From Selaginella moellendorffii (taxonomy: Eukaryota; Plantae; Lycopodiophyta): 64,000 bases of DNA. The stretch is taken from assembly GCF_000143415.4 (NCBI RefSeq), contig NW_003314360.1, positions 104,284-168,283 of the forward strand, read 5' to 3'. The position numbers were made by a program, and so were the translations under genes. The notes under the pieces are model-generated. The model ran no database searches and was not told where the DNA came from. It saw nothing but the letters and a program-made list of their open reading frames with translations. Positions 47,090-61,028 of this stretch are shown here, in pieces (within the stretch, counting starts at the first letter, position 1; each line of letters starts with the position of its first letter).

Positions 47090-50000
47090 TGTGAGGGCCA
47101 AGTGTACGGCTACGATGTTGTATACTAATATTAGCGTAGTGGGATTTTGGTAGCCGTCGGATTGGTTTCAATCCGGATCAGTTGCTTCTATATATAAGTT
47201 AGGGTTTTTGGGTTAATTGATATGCACATTTTCTGTATTCCCTTTCGATATTCCAAGCACTCACATTGGTGGAGATGAGGGGCACCTTGAATTGTCCTTG
47301 AGGAGTGCTTGGATTTGGGATTTTGGTTTAGATCTAGCTTTTGCATCGTCTAGATCTAGCTTTTTCCATTTCCTTTCTTTTGTTCTTTCCTTTTAGGATT
47401 TTGGTTTAGATCTAGCTTTTTGCATTGTCTAGATCTACCATTTCCTTCTAGTTTTTTGTCATTTCTCTTCTTTTGCTCTTTCTTTTTCATTCATCTTCAT
47501 GGCAGATCAGTAATCTCCTCCTTTGACTCTGGAGTAGCAATTGGTACAATTGCTTGATGCTATGTGCTTGCAATTGAATAACCAAAGTCAGTTGATGGCG
47601 GCATTCACGGCACGTGGTACAACTCCTCCTGCTCTTGGTGCCAATCCTCACGTTCGGCCAGAGTTCTTTCGCGGGAATCCTGGGGATGATGTGTACCATT
47701 GGTTCGATCACTTCACAGTGATTGCCACATATCATTCTTGGGATGATGCTCGACGTTTGCGTGAGTTTCCCACGTGTCTCCAAGGGACGGCATTGCAGTG
47801 GTACAATGGTTTGAGCGCAGCCACTCGTGGGGATTGGAGTGTTCTCCCGGACGTCTTCAAACGCGCCTTCGGATATGCTGACGATTGTGATGATGCTTTC
47901 CAACAATTGCATTGTCTTCGCCAAGGGCCATCTAAGTCGGTGATGCAATTTGGCGTTTGTTTCGAAAGTCTTTTGCTTCGTGCGGAGCTAAATATGTCGG
48001 AGCGGATGAAGCTAGGAATGTTGTGGCTAGCACTTCCTCAAGATCTTGTCGGACTTGTGCATGCACTTGCTCCCACCACCCTTGACGATGCTCTTTGCTT
48101 GGCACAACGTTATGAGACGTCACCTCTTCCACTTCTCACTGCACGTCCTTCCGCTCTACTTCCTATGGGTGATGCTCTTGTTCCAATGGCGGTTGATGTT
48201 GCTGCTGCTCGAGTCCAAGGACAAGCGCGAGGACGTGGTCGTGGCCGTGATGTTCGCTGCTGGGCGTGTGATGAAGTTGGTCATACTTATCGGCATTGTC
48301 AGCGTTTTCCGGATTGGCAACCTCCATTTCCGGGGTGGAGACCTTGGCGTCAACAACGTCTTGGTGCTGCTGTAGTGGAAGGTCTGGACACTAAGATGCA
48401 TCCGGGAAACAAGGAGTCGCACGAGTAACAAAGGGACCTTGCACGAATAAGTTAGTGACCCCTCCATCTTTCTTTCGGGAGTATTATCAAGGGGTTCACT
48501 CGGCATCGATTCATCCAGTGTTTCCTTTCCAAACTCATTTTTATAGAGGTCTCCTATTATTCTCTCCGTGTTAGTTGATACAGGTTTGAGTTTATCTTCT
48601 ATTGCTCGATCTGTTGCCACACGTTGTCGTCTACACTTGCGTCATGTGGCAGAACCAGTTTTCATTCTTTATGGCAACGGCCGTACACATGCATGTGCAC
48701 GGGATGAAGCGGACCTGGTTGTGCATGTGGGCGATCTCAAGCTTGAGTTGCAGTCGTTGCAGGTAGTGCCGAGTCAAGCTTTTGACCTCATTCTTGGTAT
48801 GGATTAGTTGTAGCGCAATCATGCCAAGTGTGACTTTGAGACTTCTCCCCCTTGTCTCATACTTCCTTATGTTTCATCCATTCCTCTCACTTTCGTACCA
48901 CTTCGTCCCTCTACTTCTACCTCTGCTTCTATTACTTTTGTTCCCCCACTATTTTCTTCTGTGTTTCCATCTTGTTTTGCTTTTCCCTTTTTCGATCCCT
49001 TCAACGATATTTGTGTTATAGCAGTTGACCGGCTCATGAAGGAGTATTCTGATCTCTTTGAATTTGACCTATCATCTGGGGCCAAGATTGCCACATGTCA
49101 TCCGATTCCAACCAGGGATGCTCATCCAATCAAGGTTCCTGTTTGTCGTCGGTCACCCAAGGAAATCAAGATTTTACGTGCAAACGTCAAGGAGATGTTG
49201 GAGAAGGGTGTTATTCGGAAATTGTAGAGTCCTTGGGCATGTGAACCTCATCTTGTGACGAAGCCTGATGGGAGTATTCGTTTCTGCATCGACTATCGTC
49301 CGTTAAATGAAGTGACGATCCCAGATGTGTACCCTCTTCCTCACACTGCTGATCTCTTGGATCGTTTGGGGCGAAGTCATTGGTTCACCAAGCTAGATCT
49401 TGCTTCTGGGTATTGGCAAATACCGATAGCCGAAGAAGATATTCCTAAGACTACTTTTCGTACACCATTTGGTTTGTATGAGTTCTTGGTGATGCCGTTT
49501 GGTTTGAACAATGCTCCAACAACTTTCCAGCGGATGATGGATGAGGTTCTTTGCGATATGCCGGAGGTGACTGCGGACTTTATTGATGATGTCTTGATCC
49601 ACTCAAAGGGGACATAGGAGGAGCACGTTCATGATATTTGTGAAGTGTTGGATCTGCTATGCAACGTTGGTTTAAAGTTGAAGTGGTCAAAGTGCGTGTT
49701 TGGATCTAAGGACACAACTTATCTTGGGTACCGTATTTCTTGTGAGGGTTTGCAAGTTGATCCTGACAAACTTGTGGCTGTTCTAAAGTTCCGTACTCCA
49801 AAGTGTGTGAATGATGTGCAGTGCTTCTTGGGTAAAATGCAGTATCTTAGTCGTTTTGTGGATCATCTTTCCGATCACACTGCCCCGTTGCGAGCATTGC
49901 TGAAGTCATCAACGTCATCTTTCATCTGGTCTCCAGATTGTGAGCAGGCGTTCGTGGATCTCAAAGAGCTATTGATGACTCCTCCGGTTTTGGCATATCC

Positions 50001-52087
50001 TGACTACACTCGACCTTTTATTTTGCGCATGGATGCTTCTGACTTCAGTTTTGGAGGTGTGTTGATGCAAAAGAGCTCAAGTGTGTTTGGTTAGCGCAAT
50101 CCCATTGCATATATAACCCGTACATTACAACCAGCGGAGATGAACTACTCCACGATAGAGAAGGAGTGTTTAGCAGTAGTTTGGGGTTTTGAGAAACTTC
50201 ATGCATATCTACATGGTTCTCGGACGTTACTTGAAGGTGACCATGTTGCTGTTACTTCATTATTAAAGCAGAAGAACCTGGTTGGGCGTACTGCTCGATG
50301 AGCTTTGAAGCTTCAGATATATGATTTTGATGTTGTTCATCGCCCAGAGAGTTCTATGGCTGATGCTGATGCCCTTTCTTGAGCTCCTCTTCCTTCTTCA
50401 CTCATTTCTCATGTTTCTAACAAGCCTATTATTCCAGCATCTGTGGATTTTCTAGACGATGATTCTATGCCGTCGGCGGTTGCTATCCTTGACGTTCAGT
50501 GTCCACAAGGCGCAGAGCAAGATCTACCTTCTCTTGATGAGGTTTGCGAGGCTCAAAAGATTGAGCCGTGGATTTGAAGGCTTCGAGATGGGTTTGAGAA
50601 TTTTATATCACTTGCTGATGACTTGCCTTTCCGGCATTTACATTCTCAATATTGCCTTGAAGATGGCCTTCTTTATTTTGTGGGGACAGATCCTGATGAT
50701 CATTTACAACTGGTGATGCCTTCTGTCTTTATTTCGCGGTTTCTCCATGCCTGCCATGATTCTCCTATTCTAGGTGGGCATATGGGACACCATCATGTAA
50801 CCAAGAAGCTGTGCAGGTCTTTTTATTGGCCGAAGATGTGACGTGATGTTATCCGGTATGTGCATAGCTGCGTTTGGTGCTAAGCTCGTAATACTCCCCC
50901 TTGTGCTGCGGAAGGATGGTTGGAGTCAATTGCGGTTTCCCGTTCGTTTAAGTTGGTGGCGTTTGATCTTATGGGACCTTTTCCACGGTCAACTGTTGGC
51001 AATGAGTATGTTATTATTGTTTTTGACTACTTGACTCGTTGGGTGGAAGTTGGTACTCTTGTTAACGCCTCTGCAACTGCTATTGGCTACTTCCTCCTCA
51101 ATCGAGTGGTGTTCCAGCATTCTTGTCTAGAGCAAATTCTTTCGGATAATAGTCCCGCATTTATGGCTAAGGCATTTCATGTTTTGACGTCTCGGTTGGG
51201 GATACGCCACACTTTCACAAGTGTTTATCATCCACAATCAAATGGTCTGGTGGAATGGCTCATTCGGATATTCAAAGGGATGATTGCGAAGTATGTGAAT
51301 TTTCAGCATTTGGATTGGGATGGTTATTTACCGTCTCTTTGGCATGCATATGTCACAAGGGTGCAGAGTTCTATTGGTGCTTCACCATATAAACTCCTAT
51401 ATGGTCATGATCCAATATTACCAATGGAGCTTGGTTTACCTTCACGATTGCCGCGAGCTACCGATGCTAGGTCATGGGATCAGTATTTGACGAGCGTTCT
51501 TCCACTTGTCCGAGCAGAGTCTACCGAACACTTAGGCTGCGTACAAGTGGGACAACAACGGCACTACAACTCCCATCATCATCCACTTGCGGAGTACAAA
51601 GTGGATGATTTGGTGTTAGTCCATTTTCCCCATCTTACGGTACATGGTTTATCTAAGGGACTTCTTGTGCAGTGGAAAGGACCATATCGGGTGTTGCGGC
51701 AAGTTGGACCACAAGTTTATAAGGTTTGGCATGACATTTAGCAGGCCGATCCTCTAGAGATTGTGCATATGTAGCGGCTGAAACGCTTCGTACAAAAGGA
51801 TCAAGAGGAGTTAATACCACCTACAGATCCACCAATGCCTCCTCCTGATGTTCCTCCAGATCCCGGCCCATCTACAAGAGAACCCTGATGGTCTTCCATT
51901 ATTCCAAGAGGAGGGGATGATGTGAGGGCCAAGTGTATGGCTATGATGCCGTATATTAATATTAGCGTAGTGGGATTTTGGTAGCCATTGGATTGGTTTC
52001 AATTCGAACCACTCGCTCCTATATATAAGCTAGGGTTTTTGATATGCACATTTTCTATATTCCCTTTCCATATTCCAAGCACTCACA
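47090..52087 (+). mobile_element. Full-length but stop-riddled Ty3/Gypsy with short LTRs (47090-47265, 51921-52087), tRNA-Ala PBS and 4-bp TSD AATC
   Basis: LTRs TGTGAGGGCC..CACTCACA; PBS TGGTGGAGATG; PPT AAGAGGAGGGGATGA. Gag 47541-48428 with CWACDEVGHTYRHC; protease LVDTG; RT FIDDVL; integrase 50920-51741; no chromodomain. Confidence 0.92.
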
Positions 52088-52132
52088 AATCTAAATAAGC
52101 AAATAAGGTCCACCCTAAATAAAGGGGGGTGC

Positions 52133-55100
52133 TGTATTGTACTCATGAGTGTTATGTCCATCCCACAACATGGCATTGGATTTCGGGGACGATCCTGGTT
52201 GGTTGATTTGACGTTGTTGTTATGGCTGCTTCAACCCCACCACCACCACCACTGCTGCCGCTGCTGCCGCCACCGCCGCCACCGGTTGCTGCTCAAGTTC
52301 TCGTGGCTTCCACAAAGAAGGTGGAGAAATTCAGTGGCACGAATTTCTTCACATGGGCGACAAGAATCAGGCTGATCCTCTCTGCGAAACGAGTGTGGAA
52401 CATCGTTGATGGGACTGAGCCTCATCCCGCTGAGCAGACGCTACAATCAGATTGGGATTTTCGCAATCAGCAAGCCATCACCGTCATTGGCTTGGGATTG
52501 AGCGATGAATTCTTGCAGCTGATTGATCTCACCAAGACCGCTGCTGAAATCTGGATGTCGCTTCGCACGATCTTCGTGGCCCAAGCCGCAAATTCTTTCA
52601 TGTTGCTGAATCAACAATTCTTGGCACTTCACATGGAAACGGGTGAAACCATTGCTGTGTACGTGGGATGGATTCGAGGGCTAATGGCTGAATTGACTGG
52701 TGCTGGGTCTCCTGTCACGGACGATCGCGCCAGGGCGTTGCTGCTTGCAACCGTCACGCCTGCGTTTAGCACGCTCGCATCTGTTCTATCTCACATGGCC
52801 ATGAACTTTGATCAAGTCGTGGGTGCCCTAATTGAAGAGGAACGCAAGATGAAGGGGAAGAAAGAAGCGATGCCCTCAGCCAAATCTTCCTTGCTTTATG
52901 CTGGCGCTGCGGGAGGATCATCCTCGTCCCCTCAAGCTCAGCCGAACGACACTGGTTTTCGTGGCATTTGTCACTATTGCCACAAACCTGGACACTTGGC
53001 GAGGGATTGCAAGAAGAAGAAAGCTGATCGTGCTAAAGCTGCCAAGAACAAAGACAAAGGAAACAAAGACAAGGGCTCTGGGACTCCTCATAAGCTCTTG
53101 ATGGCTCGCTCTGCAAGCAGCCCGTGCTCGGACCAGAGCTGTGGCTGGATTCTGGAGTGTCATTCCATATGACGCCCATGGCTTCCTTGTTTTTTGACTA
53201 CCAAGAACTGTGTGAGAGTGACGCCATGGGACCCGGTGACTCCTCTGCTGACGACGTGCTAGGCAAAGGAACAATCAGGGTTCAGCTCTCATCTGGAGAA
53301 ATCTGGGAGATCTATCCTATGTCTTATGTTCCGGGACTTACACACACGCTGCTGCGGATTGGAACTGCTGCTCAAGTCACAGGGAGCGTTCGTGCTGGAT
53401 GCCGAGACTGGAGACAAGGTCGCTTTTGGAGTTCCAGTAGATACGCTCTACCGCCTGGATGCTCACGTGATCCTTCCACCTGTGGCGCTGATGGCTCAGG
53501 TTCCACCGACACTTGCAACCTGGCAACAGCGCCTTGGTCACGTGAATGAGCAACAGCTAAAAAGGGTGGATGTTCCTGTGGCACCTGGGAGCGTGCTGCC
53601 CTTTTGCAAAGCTTGTGTTGGTGGAAAACACCACGTTTTTCCTTTTCCACAGATTTCTCATTCTCAAGCAAGTTCTATTCTTGAGTTGGTACACTCGGAC
53701 GTTTGTTAGATTATGGTTGAATCTTTGGGAGGCAAACGTTACGTAGTCACCTTCCTAGATGATTACACGCGGTACCTGATCGTGTACCTGCTGGCTCACA
53801 TGTCAGAGGTGTTCTCTTGCTTCTGCCAATACAAGGCTTTGGTAGAAAATCTACACAGCTGTTTAGTTCATGTGCTCCACTGCAATCGTGGAGGAGAATT
53901 CGTCTCTGGAGAATTCGAGACGTTTTGTGCTGAAGCTGGGATTCAGTGCCAGTATGCTGTCCCTGATGCCAATGCCCAGAATGGTGCTGCTTAGAGGGTG
54001 AATCGCACCATCATAGAAGCTGCACGCTGTATGCTGCTTCATGCGGGAATGCCGGCTGCTTTCTGGGGTGAGGCAGTTAACACGGCTGTTGCCAACTACC
54101 TGGGAAGACCACTCCTTATGAACTTTGGACTGGTCATGCACCTGGTTACGATCATCTCTGCATTTTTGGCTGTTTTGCCTACGCACACATTCCACACAAG
54201 CAACGCCGAAAGCTGGAGTCAAAGGCTGAGCCATCCATTTTCCTGGGATATTTGGAAGGCATGAAAGGATATCGCCTTTATTCTCTCAAGCGCAAAACGT
54301 TGCTGGAAAGACGGGATGTGCTCGTTGATGAGAGCAAGCTGTACAAGGATCGCGCTGAAGTTCCTGCTCCTACTTTCGTGGAACTCTAGCTGGTGGACAC
54401 AGTTCACGTGACTACAGCTCCTTCTCAAGTCCCGTTGCTGCCTCTTGCTCCTGCTGGTGGTAACGTGGTGGTTCCTCCAGCACTGCCACCACGCCCTCCA
54501 GCTACGCCTCTGCAAGAATCTCCTCCAGTGAGAACACCTAGCTTCTCTGAAGAACTGATGAACACTTACTTCGAGGGCGACGAGGAATTTCAAGCTGCTC
54601 CTGAGTTCTTCCTCAGCTCATCTTCACTGGGAGCTGGACGTGGATCATCACCTTCAGTGGGAGCTGGAAGCAGGTCGCCAACTTCAGTGGGAGCTCTCCC
54701 AGACTCTCCACTTGTTCCACCACCTGTGATCCACCCTCCAGCACGTCCTGAACCACGGCGCTCTGCTTGAGTTCCCGTACCATCTAGGCTGCAATTGGAA
54801 GCTGAGCAATCTCGTCCCTTCTTTAGTTTTGGAAAAATTAAAAAGAAAGGAACACACCAGGCTAACTTCGTGGCTGCTAATCCAGAGCGAATCCCCATTC
54901 CAGTGAATGTTGACGAGGCATTACCTGGACCTCATGCTGCCCAGTGGCGGGAAGCCATGAATGCTGAAATGCATTCGCATGAGCGAAACAATACAATGAC
55001 AAAGACAACCTTACCTGAAGGTGCTCACCTTGTGAGCTCGAAATGGATTTACACAGTCAAGTACAAACCTGATGGAACTGTAGCAAAATTCAAGGCCAGG

Positions 55101-56390
55101 TTTGTCCCACGGGGATTCAGCCAGATTCCAGGTTTGGAATACATGGAGACGTACTCACCAGTTGTGAAGTTGACCTCTGTGCGAGTGATCCTTGCACTGG
55201 CTGCCAAGTACGACCTGGAACTGCACCAGTTGGACGTTCGCACTGCTTTCCTGCACGGCAAGTTGAACGAGGAGGTCTACGTCACGCAACCACCTGGATT
55301 TGTCAAACCTGGTGAGGAACATCTTGTTTGCAAGCTGAATCGCGCCCTGTATGGGCTTAAACAATCCCCGAGGGTTTGGTTGAACGCATTGATGCGTTCT
55401 TCAAGAGCCTGGAGTGTGTTCCTCTTGCAGTGGAAGGAAACGTGTACCTGTACAAGTGTGGTGACGATTTTCTCCTGGTTGCTGTGTACGTTGACGACTG
55501 CATTCTCGGTGCAAAAACCTGCCACCTGCTGGACGAGATGAAAAAGAAGCTGAGTGAAGAATTTGAGATGTCTGACCTGGGCGAGCTTCGCCATTTCCTT
55601 GGCATCCAAATTATACGCAATCGAGGGGCATGCACCTTGAGCTTGACACAAGCTGGAGATCTTGGAACGCTTCAATATGCTGGACTGCTCTCCCGTGGCC
55701 ACACCTCTTGAGGTCAATCATAAACTCAGCCGTGACATGGCCCCTGTCACAGAGGAAGAACGCGAGTACATAGCCACAGTGCCATATCGTCAAGCTGTGG
55801 GAAGTCCTGTTTATTTGATGCTGGGAATGCGACCAGATCTCGCCTATGCTGTTGGGATGGTCTCCCAGTTCCTCGAGAACCCCGGACCTGCACATTGGCA
55901 AGCTGTGAAGCGGATTTTCTGCTACGTTCGAGGTACCTTGCATTTGCAGCTTTCACTATGGCGCTGCTGTGTCACAGGAACTTCATGGGTGCTCGGATGC
56001 GGACTGCGCGGGCGACCAGGACTCAAGGCGCTCTACCTCCGGGTAGCCCTATGGTGCTGTTCTCGGACAACCAAAGTGCTCTTGCACTGGCCGCCAATCC
56101 ACGCTTCCATTCTCGGACGAAACACATCGAGATTCGTTTCCACTACGTGCGGGAACAAGTCCAAAATGGAAAGTTGTTGCTGGAATATTGCCCCACCGAG
56201 GCAATGGTGGCTGATATACTCACGAAGGCTTTGGCTCGAGACTCCTTTGAACGCCATCGCGCTGCACTGGGAGTCTGCTCTCCATCTGTTTCGGGTAGTC
56301 CATCCTCTCAGCTGATCGAGCCAGAGTGGGAGTGTCGAGATGTCAGTCTCGATCAGCTGACGTGGCATGTCCACGTGGTCATGAGAGTCA
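52133..56390 (+). mobile_element. Ty1/Copia retrotransposon, disrupted, LTRs incomplete
   Basis: Gag 52222-53172 (CHYCHKPGHLARDC); WLDSG protease; WQQRLGHVN..CKAC; integrase before RT; RT HQLDVRTAFLHG..YVDD; RNase H SDNQSA..RTKHIEIRFHYVRE..ADILTK; PPT-like GAGTGGGAG before TG at 56333. Ends are approximate. Confidence 0.9.
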
Positions 56391-57600
56391 GACACATTCT
56401 TTGGCCCAGCCCAAAGTCCTGGCCTTTTATGTCAATTAAGTTCCCAAGGAACCTTTCCGGCTTGAATCGCAATGCATCCTCCCATACTGCTGGATCTCTT
56501 CCAATTGTAAAACAAATGACGAATGTGGGAGTTCCTTTGGGAATGTCATAGCCAGCAACCTTGCACGCTTCGGTTGACATGTGAATCAGCAGCGGAGCTG
56601 GACCTTGACGATTGCCCAAGGTACTCCAGTTTGTCAAAGCCTCTCTCTGCAACAAGGCGTTCCTTTCCAACGACAGTGAATCTCTTCCTGGGCCTTTGAA
56701 GAACAAGTGGATTGTGCATGAGTTCCAACAGCGTCCATTCAATCAAACTAGCGCTGGTATCTCTTCCAGATAAAAGCTCCTGCATAATTCGAGATTAGCC
56801 AACTGACTTTGTTACGGTGACAATAGCTTTGACCGATTCCTCTCCCCGGGCTCCTTCGCTTTTCAAGCTTTGCAGCATGGTATCCATGAAATCTTTGGGC
56901 TGCGAGGTCTCGGACTCGAGCCTAGCCTTGTGATCGTCTATAATTCTCTTAAAGAACTTGTCTTGTCTCGCATGTATCCTCATCATCTCTGGATCTTCCA
57001 GTCAATCCGTCTCATGAACGCCGGTACGAACTCACTGATGTGGAATTGAAGCATCTGCTCCGTGATCTCAAACACAATGTGCTTGAAATCCTTGCCCTTG
57101 CTGCTCATCTCAGCCTCATGCTCACGATACTCGAAGAAAGGCTTGCTCATCAGGATCTGCATGACAACATGGAAGACATATGCTGTCAAGAGGTGCCTCA
57201 TGTTGATTGGCTTCTGATAGTCAGCCGCATTCACAAGCTCAGACAAGACGCCATGCGTTTCTCTCGTTCGCACCTTGAAACGACTCAATGCGCTTGACGG
57301 TAAAGAGCTCTGTAGCGCAAAGCTTCCTCATGCTTTTCCAGTAGTCGCAATAAAGAACAAAACCAATGTCTCGGAAGTTGTAGTTGTACTCCCCCATGGT
57401 CAAGTATGGCCCCAATGCAAAATTTGCATCCTGGATCTTTAGTACCTCTTTCACTAGCTCCAAACTGGAGATCACCACAGCTGGTACCATTCCCAGGCGT
57501 AAAAACACAATCGGTCCATACTTTGTGGAGAGTGTCTGGAATGAAAGGTGTAGGATTCTTCCCAAGAGATGCAAGTGACCGATAAGAGGCAGCCCCTGTA
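56390..57600 (-). pseudogene. Cytochrome P450 (CYP71 clan) pseudogene, 3' end cut at the Copia junction
   Basis: LPLIGHLHLLG..KYGPIVFLRLG; DYWKSMRKLC; 36-nt intron 56780-56815 before ELLSGRDTS; PAPLLI; KPERF; heme motif FGLGQRMC; several frameshifts. Confidence 0.9.
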
Positions 57601-58186
57601 GGCAAATTAATGACACTTGAAAGATAGGAGAAGAGTGATCAACAAAACAACTGCATATTGAGCAACCTCCATTTCTGATTGAAAGTGTCAAACGTGACAG
57701 CTTGAAGGAAGGATGAATTGATGCATTGTAGGCTGCAAGCACCGGAAGGATAGTGGGGTCAGTGGCTTTCACTTGATATTTTAAGACGTATGTTCTGCTG
57801 AACTATTTGGATGGTCCGCTTAAAACATGGTGTGTGACGGTTTTATGCAATTATTGGTCAAGATATTTTATGGAGCCTAGAATAGCAACTTCTATGTTGA
57901 AAGTCGAAGTGTAGTCTTCATAAACATCCCATAGTCTCATGTTGACCTCACAAAGACAATGTAGATTATAATTATTCTTAGTTTTTATTATATTCTTATT
58001 TTTCTTCAAAGGCTGCCTGTTACAATTTGATTAACATACCATCGAGCTAAAAATATTAAATATTCTGACTAGACTAAGAAGTTTTCATGTATTCCAGGAC
58101 AGGACACCTGTGAAACATGCTGGTGTGTAGTTTACAAAGTAAAGGCCACGCTACTAAGAGAAAAATAGCTGGAAGTACATCGATTT

Positions 58187-59156
58187 TCATATCAAGTTTG
58201 ATAAATTTTGGATCTGGTTGAGTTTGTTTGAACTTGCCACCACGTTGCACCTTCTCGGGTCCGACATGATGATGGTGCGCTTTGGATCCAGAATCCAAGT
58301 CCCACAAAACGTGCCTCCACCCAGGGGGTTATCCATGTGGTAGCGGCTGCTCGCATAATGGAACACCAGATTCGCTGGATTGCGCAGGAGAGAACATCCA
58401 GGAACTTCAGGAAAGCTTTCTTCCCATTCCGGGACGCTGGCAAGGATATCGCAGTAATAGATGAATTCGTCTTCCTTGTCCTGGATCATCCTGCACGTAG
58501 TGTTCACGGCGTCCTGAAACGTCTGCACGCTCGGATCGGTGAGCAGCAGCACCGCTGGAAGATTGTTAAACTTCTTCTTGTAAAACTCCTTGGGAAACGA
58601 GAAGACGTCGTTCACCATCCACATATGATCGAGCATAGCGTTCTGAGCCCTGATGTAATCCAGGGACTCGACATCCTCATCGTCAAACGAAGCACCCATT
58701 GCATAGATGAGTGGCAGAATGAAGACGTTCTTCCTCCGGTAGAGCTCGTAGTCCTGCGTCAAGTCGTCACTCAAAATGCTTCTCGCCCAGCCCTCAACAG
58801 TGGAAACCGTGCGCCTGAACAGCTCCGTCTTCAACAGAGACCTCAAATCCTTCATCAGATCGTGGCACGCTCGATAGGCAAGAATATCCGGAACCTCCGC
58901 GAGCGATGCGGTTCCATAGCAGAGGCTAAAAACAGTGTCGAGCTTCGACCTCGTTGTCATCAAACGGATCGTCCAGGAAGGCAGTGAGCCAGGCAAACTT
59001 GGCCGACGCCAACATGTTCGCTTTCGGAGCGTGAGGCGTGGAGAGGCACGTAAACATTGGAACTTTCCACTGGACCAGGCATTTCTTCTCCTCCGGACTG
59101 AAATCCCTCCTCATGCATTTGAATGCCCACTCGTTTGCTTCCTTGGTGATTGACAT
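58187..59156 (-). pseudogene. MTPSL: MTPSL pseudogene (5'-deleted, frameshifted tandem copy)
   Basis: Nearly identical to 61029-62033 but lacks the N-terminus, with deletions near 58940, 58435, 58380 and 58330. Confidence 0.9.
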
Positions 59157-59314
59157 ATAAGTTTCACGTGATCATGCTGTCTGCTTGGACTGACTTTGAT
59201 TGTGTAGGGAAAATATTTGAACCGGTGGTTGTCAAATCACACCTGGCAAAGAATAGTCCAGTCAATTATTTAAAATAGAATGATATCAAGACGTCGTTTG
59301 TGGTGTAATTCAAC

Positions 59315-59720
59315 ATGGAGTTTCTAGCATGCGCGATGGCTCTTGTGTTTTTCATCTATGTTCTCGTCTGGGGAATTCCAGGTGGAGGGCACCGCCGTCT
59401 CAACTTGACAGTATCACCAGTGGGTCTCTTCCATTGATCGGACCTCTTTGGGAGGAAACCCCATCTCTCTCTCCTTGCACTGTCCAACAAGTATGGACCG
59501 ATCTTCTCTCTCCGGCTGGGAATGGTGCCTGTGGCGCACAGCTTCCGCATGTTCTTCCAGTAATCGCCGTAAGGCGCGAATCCCATGTCAAGGAAGTTGT
59601 AGAAGCTGTACTCCCCTGGCATATGTAACGTCCTGGGTTTTGAAGAGCTCGTTGGCCAGATGGGTGCTCGCGACCACCACGGAGCTCTTCACAATCAGGC
59701 GCATGGATTCTTTCTTGTGG
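59315..59720 (+). pseudogene. CYP71-clan 5' fragment with an internal inversion (about 59531-59680)
   Basis: Homologous to 62347-62682. The segment FLDMGFAPYGDYWKNMRKLCA reads on the minus strand. Confidence 0.85.
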
Positions 59721-60029
59721 TGAAGGAATAGTGATATTATTTGTACTTTTATGTGGATTTAAATCATCAATCTTTTAGTATTTTAGTCATAAAAAAGATC
59801 TTTGATGCTTGTTGGTAAGAGTTCTTATCAAAAATATCTATTAAGATCCAATACAAGTATGGAGGTAATAATAAGTGGCTGATGAATTATCCACGATGGT
59901 AAATTTTATCTCGTTTATGAAGGTTTAGTAATCTCTTAGATGAGCTTAAAAAGTTTGTTGACTTCAACTCCTTTATCATTGATATTTGTATGAAAATTTT
60001 ATTGAGGGACACCTTTACAGATTTGAAGG

Positions 60030-60390
60030 GTGACAAGTTTGTGTCATTCGAAATATAAAATGAAATCCTGGTGAAGAAAGGATATATGGTGGTCCTTTAT
60101 AGTTATTTGCCCTGCCAAGCAGTCAAAGTTGATCATTAAAAGCTCCCTAACCTCTATCATCCTCTACGTGTACCCAAGAATAAATGGGCTAGCATTTTGA
60201 TGGACTTTATCATTGGTTTACTAAAAACGTTTTGAGGAAATAATGTTATTAAAGTTCTTGTGGATTTTTTTACGAAGATGGCTCAAAGATGACAATTAAA
60301 ACTTCTAAATTTACTCAATTATTTGTAAATAAATTATTTAGTCTTTGTGGTTTGTCAAGTGACATTATGAGTGATTGAGATCCCTATTTG
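60030..60390 (+). pseudogene. Gypsy integrase remnant
   Basis: CQAVKVD..VPKNKWASILMDFIIGL..VLVDFFTKMA, with stops. Confidence 0.65.
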
Positions 60391-61028
60391 ATGATCTATC
60401 GATATAAACATTAGTTGCAGTCCATGTGAGTGGCTTTGACTCGATATGTTCTTATTTTCTTGCTAAACTATTCTGTTGGTCTGCTTAAAACTTAGTGGTC
60501 CAATTTTGACGATTTTATGCAATTATTGATCAAAGATATTTTATGGAGCCGACAATGTAGAAAAGCAACTTATATTGGTCTCATGCTTCTTCAAAGGCTG
60601 CCTGTTACAATTTGATTGACATACCACCAAGCTAAAAATATTAAATATTCTGAAAGTTTTCTTGTCTTCCAGGACAGGACACCTGTTTATGGCATTATCT
60701 TCTAGGAAACAGCAGGCTTTGGAGGTTTCTTGGAAGACCTAGGATTCTAAGCTTCTAGTCTTCTAAGCTCTGGATGAAATAAGACTGAGCATAGAATACT
60801 GCTGACTTCCACATGTGCAGCACGTGAGGAATGGCTTGGCTAGGCGAACTATGTATATGACAAAGTCCTAGGTGATCATCCTAATTGCATAAAAACATCA
60901 TGGCTGTAGTAGTTTGCAAGAATGCCAAATAGCCATACATTTTTCATTGATTTTCACTTCCTATGTAGCTAGTTTACAAAGTAAAGGCCATGCTACTAAG
61001 AGAAAAATAGCTGGAAGTACATCAATTT

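Noticed and set aside
45960-52135. TIRs for the Merlin relic
   Set aside because: No convincing inverted pair or TSD found by eye on either side of the nested Gypsy.
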